Positions 31,401 through 35,774 of a stretch of 35,774 bases of DNA are shown piece by piece (positions within the stretch are counted from its first letter, which is position 1; each line of letters begins with the position of its first letter). This DNA is from Chrysochromulina tobinii (Eukaryota), in contig JWZX01002598.1 in the NCBI GenBank assembly GCA_001275005.1, positions 1-35,774 on the forward strand, read 5' to 3'. Below the pieces are notes generated by a model. It was not told the origin of the DNA. It saw only the letters and a program-made list of their open reading frames with translations, and did no database searches. A program made the position numbers and the translations under genes.

Positions 31401-32318
31401 ATCGACAAGCTCGACAACCGTGCCCTTTTTGCTGAGCTTGGCCAAGCGAACAGTGTCACCCACCTCGGGCCGCAGCACGGGCGTCTGCCTGTCGTACGCG
31501 GTGTACATACGGGTGGCTAGGGCCGCCACCACGAGCACAAAGACCGCGGCGGTCGCAAAGGCCACCTGGCTTGCGAGCACGAAGCTCCAGATCATCAGTA
31601 CGCTGGTTGTGAGAGCGGCGAGATGCACCAGGCCTCCCATGAGCAGTTTCAAGCGCCACAGCACACCGCCGCCGCCGCCGCCGCCGCCGCTCTCTAACGA
31701 GTCCGCAAACCCGCTCATCTCCGGCGAGCTCGGGCGGGCGTTGGCGCCGAAACGGAAGCGCGCCATCAGGTCGTCGACGAGCTTGCCCAGCAGCGCGAGC
31801 ACCACGACCACGCCGATGCCATACGCGACCCCGAATGTCGCACCGAGACGTAAACTGACCGCCGGCGCCGCGGTGCACACACATGGCGATTGGAAAGGCA
31901 TGCCCACCGCATCGATGCTCTGCCCGTCGTAGCAGTCCCACGAGCCTAGCTCGGGCAGGTACAGGTACATGGCGCCTTCGCAGGCCTCGTCGAGGTGGGC
32001 GAGGCTCTCGGTGGGCAGCTGATAGTGCGAGCTGAGCGCGTTGACCACTTTGGCGGAGGCCATCTCCCGCGTTGTGATGTACTCGTCCGCATCGTAAAAG
32101 ATCGGTGGTGCAAGCGCACGCGCGCGCGCGGCGAGCGCGATCGGCAGCCGGAAGAGTTCTGTGTAGCTGCCGCATGCCTCGGCGCAGGACTCGCCCGGCT
32201 TCGTCAGGTGCCAGCAGCGCGCGTCGACCATCTCGCCTTGCAGGCAGAGTTCAGAGTCCAGTGAGATGAGCGGTGGCGGGTTGGGGGGTTTCGGGCTTGG
32301 AGGTGGCGCGGGCGGCGC
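28479..32318 (-). CDS. C-terminal part of a giant kinesin fusion: Cys-rich module, TM helices, two copies of an unnamed ~130-aa domain, XK-like multi-pass membrane region
   Basis: The 1250-aa ORF frame extends upstream of ATG 32231 as APPAPPPSPKPPNPPPLISLDSELCLQGEM to the G7 run at 32319-32325. Many hydrophobic segments. Confidence 0.75.
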   Translation of the reverse strand, partial: APPAPPPSPKPPNPPPLISLDSELCLQGEMVDARCWHLTKPGESCAEACGSYTELFRLPIALAARARALAPPIFYDADEYITTREMASAKVVNALSSHYQLPTESLAHLDEACEGAMYLYLPELGSWDCYDGQSIDAVGMPFQSPCVCTAAPAVSLRLGATFGVAYGIGVVVVLALLGKLVDDLMARFRFGANARPSSPEMSGFADSLESGGGGGGGGVLWRLKLLMGGLVHLAALTTSVLMIWSFVLASQVAFATAAVFVLVVAALATRMYTAYDRQTPVLRPEVGDTVRLAKLSKKGTVVELVDQTFTQKERSTVAFGPRPAPEPSPPPSPPPSPPSLFDEEREEHPYRIEGPDGQLLMKFPLQQGVLVNALALEDLSGMTTYYDEPYSHATSGDELDSIPADAKWVFVGAYRQGSSTIAVGAFGRREEVVRRTHLDPRTEKHVAHEHNGVWWYRTDDASFGFAASPDVGKRGYLVDASNESDPARLSWGLHGLGGYRVGTALGVGAWTKMLYYTSRYGAEEYSLAPGDESRWLSSSPPATRIGAGGIQRSNRPASRQAPPSPPPSPPVDGSSSPPPSKRRTSIASARSYLAERLQSSRAPTTPAEAATSSTYQHPSSAAAAAVSTPNLSHGYLACAASLQHEKIDRSLPPPPNAPFSPLIPSVSNGSLVGLGSIWLNAVTTNDLALMTKHYEVPYSHATTAYHLDTIPSHAEWVFVGAREAGANAVALGAFGKRDDVLRRTPHNEPHEHNGVWWYRTDGYSFGFAPNSELQQYRADSMNPRDPQRLSWHLQGDGGWRAGQYTDLNGETPWRKLICYGSDPDWFTAAEVGALSVHQLASEEARLAGARPVQHASAKARLPKLPSTPAVAPVALHGPRGASPPRVLKTVQMQPNLSPQDRPNPSLVVALAESTVNSVGLAVPVEAFRSALSQKRESPKYGLLAATTSILQCGPMVVLVLIYCDDNEYLKVRHEQPIVLVSALVSFATLVLSLTDLTTSEATSAGLRVRDEYVRSAQVNALMAVYFTADATLRALALLVLGSALGRLLDLVAISAVLAAFGWQWLRVLCNGGLRAACAVICERRRFLETFLRAVLPLIAPTVLQQQTSAQRRTEMIFSSAICAAMVLVPCLPATMEYMPHPLPWGDDVETHAVALLSFALAAKYLTFALGAFPALSDDAYGVIGVGAAVKEVGREAISQRSVGDSLQAPAYLPEPDWFAFTPGRGPIGSLCMWAVEAVYCTLVVLTLGLCGRRSDGTYWGSYSKPSASPEVPYSQLLEA
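29860..31200 (-). repeat. Internal duplicated domain (copies ~30770-31200 and ~29860-30280)
   Basis: Both copies have Y..PYSHAT....LD.IP..A.WVFVGA...GAFG.R..V.RRT...HEHNGVWWYRTD..SFGFA...DP.RLSW.L.G.GG.R.G. A 37-bp identical DNA stretch lies at 30035-30071 and 30941-30977. Confidence 0.9.
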
Positions 32319-35300
32319 GGGGGGGCGGCAGTGGCGGGAAGGTATAACCTCCGAGGGGCATTTCGAGGTACGGCAGCCAGGGCGCCGGTAGCACGCCCGC
32401 GACGGCGCTGGGCACTGTGCCCGGCATGCTCCAGAGCGCGACGCGTAGCCCGATCAGTCCGCCGCAGAGGAGCATCACGATCCACACGAGTGGAGACTGC
32501 AGAAATGGCCGCACAGCATTCCCCACAGCCTGCACCGCGCCGATCATGCGCCTCCATGCCCGGTACAAGGGACTGGCCTCGCGCGCGGCCTTTTCGGCCT
32601 TAGCACGCTTCTTGAGCGTTGCTGCGCTCGGACCATCCACAACGGCCTCCTTGTGCGCCTGCTCCGCTTGGGCCTCGAGGCATCTGCGCACCACGTGCGC
32701 GATGATGAGGAGCGCCATCAGCCCGAGCGCAAAGAGGAGCTGGTATGGCGGCAGCGCGGCGGTCAACAGCGGAATGAGCTCGGGCGGCGAAGGCGGCGCC
32801 GGGAGGCATTTGCACGGGCTGCGCGCGTGCAGCCCCGCAGGCGGGGGATCCGTGGGCTTCAGGTTGGCAAAGCAGTGCCAGAGCGATGGCGCCGTCGGAC
32901 CCGTCTTGTAGAGCAGCGTGAGTCCAGCACACGTGGAGGCTTCATCGACGGCCACATGCTCATACGAGGCGCTGTCCCACCCAGAAAGGGGAAGCATGCC
33001 CGCAAGGGTCAGCTCGTTCAGGCATGCGACTACCGCAGGCCGACCGCTGCCAACGGACGTCGCCTCTTCGTCGAACCCGCCCATGGACGCACACGCGGCC
33101 GTGCAAGACTCATCCTCCTTGGCAAGTAGCCAGCACTCGTCGCCCACGGCAGCGCCACCGCCGGGGCACGGGTGGGCCTCCCGCCACTCGGCGCACTGTG
33201 CGGCCCAGGTAAAGGCGGGCGGCGGCGGCGGTGGGCGCGGGTGGATTCTCGCATCGTAGTAGCCGTACATCGCAAGCGTCTGCCAGACGAGGAAGACTCC
33301 CGCCGCGACCAGGACCGGATGCCGCTGGGCGGAGCTGAAGAAGTCGCCAGACAGGCGCTCCGCCATCTCGGCCAGCTGCACCAGTATACGCGCCGTGCCG
33401 AGCACACAGGTCTCCACCCCACGGGACACGCCCATGGCGCAGGCCTCGAGGGCGACCGAGATCGCGGCGCGCGCCGCGCCGGGCGCACTCGCGCACGCGC
33501 GCGCACCCGCGAGGACGGCGCCGTACAGCGCGACGCACGTCGCGGTGGGCCCTTCGACGACCAGCCACCAGAGGGCAGTGCCGAGGCCCTTGAGGAGCCC
33601 ATAGAGCAGCTGGAAGGGGAGGATGAGGATGCTCAGGATCATCCAGCGCGTGTACAGCAGCAGCCAGCACATCCATCTCCCGCAGCCCTCGAAACAATCG
33701 CAAAGGCTAGTGCGCAGCACTGCGGCCTGCGTCGTCACCGGCTCGGTGAAAGTGGCAACTGTCTCGGTGGCATCGCTGAAGACCTGGGTGACGGCGACGG
33801 CGAGCGTCTCAGGAGGAGGCTTCAGTTCCGGAGGCTCCTCGAACGTGTACGCGTTCGCGGCGGCGCGGTTGGCGATCTGCTTGGCGCGCGCGGCGTATTG
33901 GAGCGTTTGGAGCGTCTCGGCGTAATTGGAGGCCGTGGGGGCGATGGTGGCGAGCATGGCGGTGTTGGCGTTGCCCCCGAGGGACTGCTCGAGGATCTGG
34001 GTCAGCTTGGAGGCACGATAAGGGACCACCTGCGCCTTGGAGGCTCTGGGGTCCGTCAGGGCATTGATGACGTTACCCAGTGCCGAGAGGCTCTGGTTGA
34101 TGGCAATGGCCTCCTGCAGAGTCTCATCCTGCGCGCCGCTCTTCTTGGCGCGCTCGGAGCCCGCGAGGTCGACGAGGCACATCTTGGCGAACACGCGCTT
34201 CTTCTGGGACGAGCCCGCGTAAAACTCGATCTCCTGCTCAACCCGGATGATGACGATGGCATGCGAGCGCGAAGACTCCGCGTTCATGAAAGTCGAGGCG
34301 ACGGCACGCTTCTTGTTGCCGCGCTCGATGATCTCTGCGAGGCCGGCGGCATCCTCGATCTGATGCTCGGTCAGGCCCTGCACATATGTCCCCAGCTTCG
34401 GGTCGCGGCGCACCTTGAGGTCCACTCCGCTCGCGTCGTCCACGAGCAGGTCGTGCACGATCTCGCGGTAGATCTGGAGGTACGAGGCGCACACACGCAC
34501 CGAGCGCCCATCCTCGAGCAAATCCACCTTGTCGAAGACGGCGTCGGCAACGCGAGGGATCACGCCGGGATCGTCGGGTGTACCCATCATCGAGTGAGTC
34601 TTGCCGCTGCCCGTCTGCCCGTAGGCGAGGATCGTCGCGTTATATCCGTCGAAGATGCCGTCGACGAGCGGCGCTGCGAGCTCTTCGTACAGAGCCTCAC
34701 TCGAGCTCAGGTGATTGAACAGGTGATCGTAAGCAAAGATGCTCTTCTGAGGCGATGACGTGTCTCCGTCGCACAGCGGCTGCTGCAGGCAGATGAGCGA
34801 CGGCTGACTCGGGTCGAGCAGCACCACATTCTGCTCGCGTGCCTTGCGCTCGGAGCGCGACATCGGGCGGCAGCGCACGCCCACGCGCACGTTGGTCTCA
34901 CGAGCCGTCGCTCGCGCCGTGCGCGCGGTGCGAGGCGCCGGCGCGCGTTCAGTCTCCGGCGGCACCGCTTCCTCCTCCTCGGGGCGTGGGCTGAGCGTTG
35001 GCTGCGGCCGCGCCTGGCGCTGCACCGAGGGCGACGCGCGTGACGGCATAGGCGAGGCTACACCAGCACAGGCGCCGGCGACCATGTCGGCGATGCCGTC
35101 CGCCTCTACTGGCTCGCCACCTGCTGGCAACATGAGCTCGGCCGCCGCCACCACGATGAACTGGTTGCTGCCATCCTGCAGACGGACGCCCCACCGGCCG
35201 GTCGCGGGGTCCTCCCGTTCGACAATAACGGCTTTGCCAGCCAACTCCTGCCGCGCACCCTGGACACGGAGGATCATGCGCCGTCCGGGGTGGGGGCGAC

Positions 35301-35538
35301 CGGCCGCCGTCGAGCTGACAAAGGTCATGCCCTCCTTTGCGGTGCCGGCGCCAGAACCAAGCCCGCCGCGGTGAGTCTTTGCCCTCCGCTGGCGGCCCGG
35401 CGATTTGTTGTTGATTGCACTCTGTGGCTCTCGCGAGGACATGCACGTGGACATTGGCTGCGGAACCAGGCACGCCACTTGCTCGCGGACCGCGGCCCGA
35501 AAGTTGGCCCAAACGAAAGTGAAGTTCCGCGGAACCAT
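32251..35538 (-). CDS. Kinesin motor-domain protein with downstream transmembrane segments (N-terminal part of the fusion)
   Basis: NVRVGVRCRP, YGQTGSGKTHSM (P-loop), SYLQIYRE, NAESSRSHA (switch I), LVDLAGSER (switch II), PYRASKLT, LGGNA and YAARAKQI at ~33875-34895, followed by several hydrophobic helices. Start ATG 35538 or 35328. Confidence 0.92.
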   Translation of the reverse strand: MVPRNFTFVWANFRAAVREQVACLVPQPMSTCMSSREPQSAINNKSPGRQRRAKTHRGGLGSGAGTAKEGMTFVSSTAAGRPHPGRRMILRVQGARQELAGKAVIVEREDPATGRWGVRLQDGSNQFIVVAAAELMLPAGGEPVEADGIADMVAGACAGVASPMPSRASPSVQRQARPQPTLSPRPEEEEAVPPETERAPAPRTARTARATARETNVRVGVRCRPMSRSERKAREQNVVLLDPSQPSLICLQQPLCDGDTSSPQKSIFAYDHLFNHLSSSEALYEELAAPLVDGIFDGYNATILAYGQTGSGKTHSMMGTPDDPGVIPRVADAVFDKVDLLEDGRSVRVCASYLQIYREIVHDLLVDDASGVDLKVRRDPKLGTYVQGLTEHQIEDAAGLAEIIERGNKKRAVASTFMNAESSRSHAIVIIRVEQEIEFYAGSSQKKRVFAKMCLVDLAGSERAKKSGAQDETLQEAIAINQSLSALGNVINALTDPRASKAQVVPYRASKLTQILEQSLGGNANTAMLATIAPTASNYAETLQTLQYAARAKQIANRAAANAYTFEEPPELKPPPETLAVAVTQVFSDATETVATFTEPVTTQAAVLRTSLCDCFEGCGRWMCWLLLYTRWMILSILILPFQLLYGLLKGLGTALWWLVVEGPTATCVALYGAVLAGARACASAPGAARAAISVALEACAMGVSRGVETCVLGTARILVQLAEMAERLSGDFFSSAQRHPVLVAAGVFLVWQTLAMYGYYDARIHPRPPPPPPAFTWAAQCAEWREAHPCPGGGAAVGDECWLLAKEDESCTAACASMGGFDEEATSVGSGRPAVVACLNELTLAGMLPLSGWDSASYEHVAVDEASTCAGLTLLYKTGPTAPSLWHCFANLKPTDPPPAGLHARSPCKCLPAPPSPPELIPLLTAALPPYQLLFALGLMALLIIAHVVRRCLEAQAEQAHKEAVVDGPSAATLKKRAKAEKAAREASPLYRAWRRMIGAVQAVGNAVRPFLQSPLVWIVMLLCGGLIGLRVALWSMPGTVPSAVAGVLPAPWLPYLEMPLGGYTFPPLPPPRAARATSKPETPQPATAHLTGL

Positions 35539-35774
35539 TTAAGAAGTTTTGAAGCCCGGGGGCCGACCCGCTCCACCACAACGCCTTAGAGCTACCCTGG
35601 CCTTGCCTTACATTTCATGGGCCTGTGCGCAGATGTCTGATCTCGGTCATCTGCCAGGTCGCGTCGATAAGGAAGGAGGTACCAACCTATGGGGTGCCGG
35701 GCGAACCAATGAGCGACATTCACGCAAACAACATTCAACATTCAAAAAAAATGAATGTTGAATGGTGAATGCTG

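Noticed and set aside
32319..32325. Programmed ribosomal frameshift between kinesin and downstream ORF
   Set aside because: Similar +1 homopolymer defects occur in unrelated genes in this window, so sequencing error is more parsimonious; no stimulatory structure was identified.
33172..34758. 528-aa plus-strand ORF
   Set aside because: Antisense shadow of the kinesin gene; no recognisable motifs.

Overview
GC-rich, gene-dense eukaryotic nuclear DNA with short spliceosomal introns (GT/GC donors, CTGAC-like branch points, YAG acceptors). The 10-bp satellites and gene content suggest a haptophyte alga such as Chrysochromulina (inference). About 18 genes or gene fragments are supported: a secreted Cys-rich/discoidin-like protein running off the left edge, a nucleotide-sugar-transferase-like protein, a divergent NF-YA, APC5, an RJL GTPase, a 7-exon WD40 gene, an insulinase fragment, an ABC1 kinase, eIF4A, an atypical SDR, a trimethyllysine-dioxygenase-like enzyme, an EF-hand protein, a Pro-rich membrane protein, a SnoaL-like protein, a glycine-cleavage-H-like protein and hypotheticals. 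Highlights: (1) a WD40 gene built from near-identical exon+intron cassettes, one 129-nt exon per blade, with hypervariable positions and mosaic introns; (2) two ORFs joined by a single extra base into a ~2300-aa kinesin motor + transmembrane + Cys-rich + XK-like protein; (3) an APC5 intron apparently created by duplication of an AGGT-containing exon segment around a 10-bp satellite. Several single-base homopolymer insertions look like assembly errors. All family assignments come from motif recognition by eye, not database searches.
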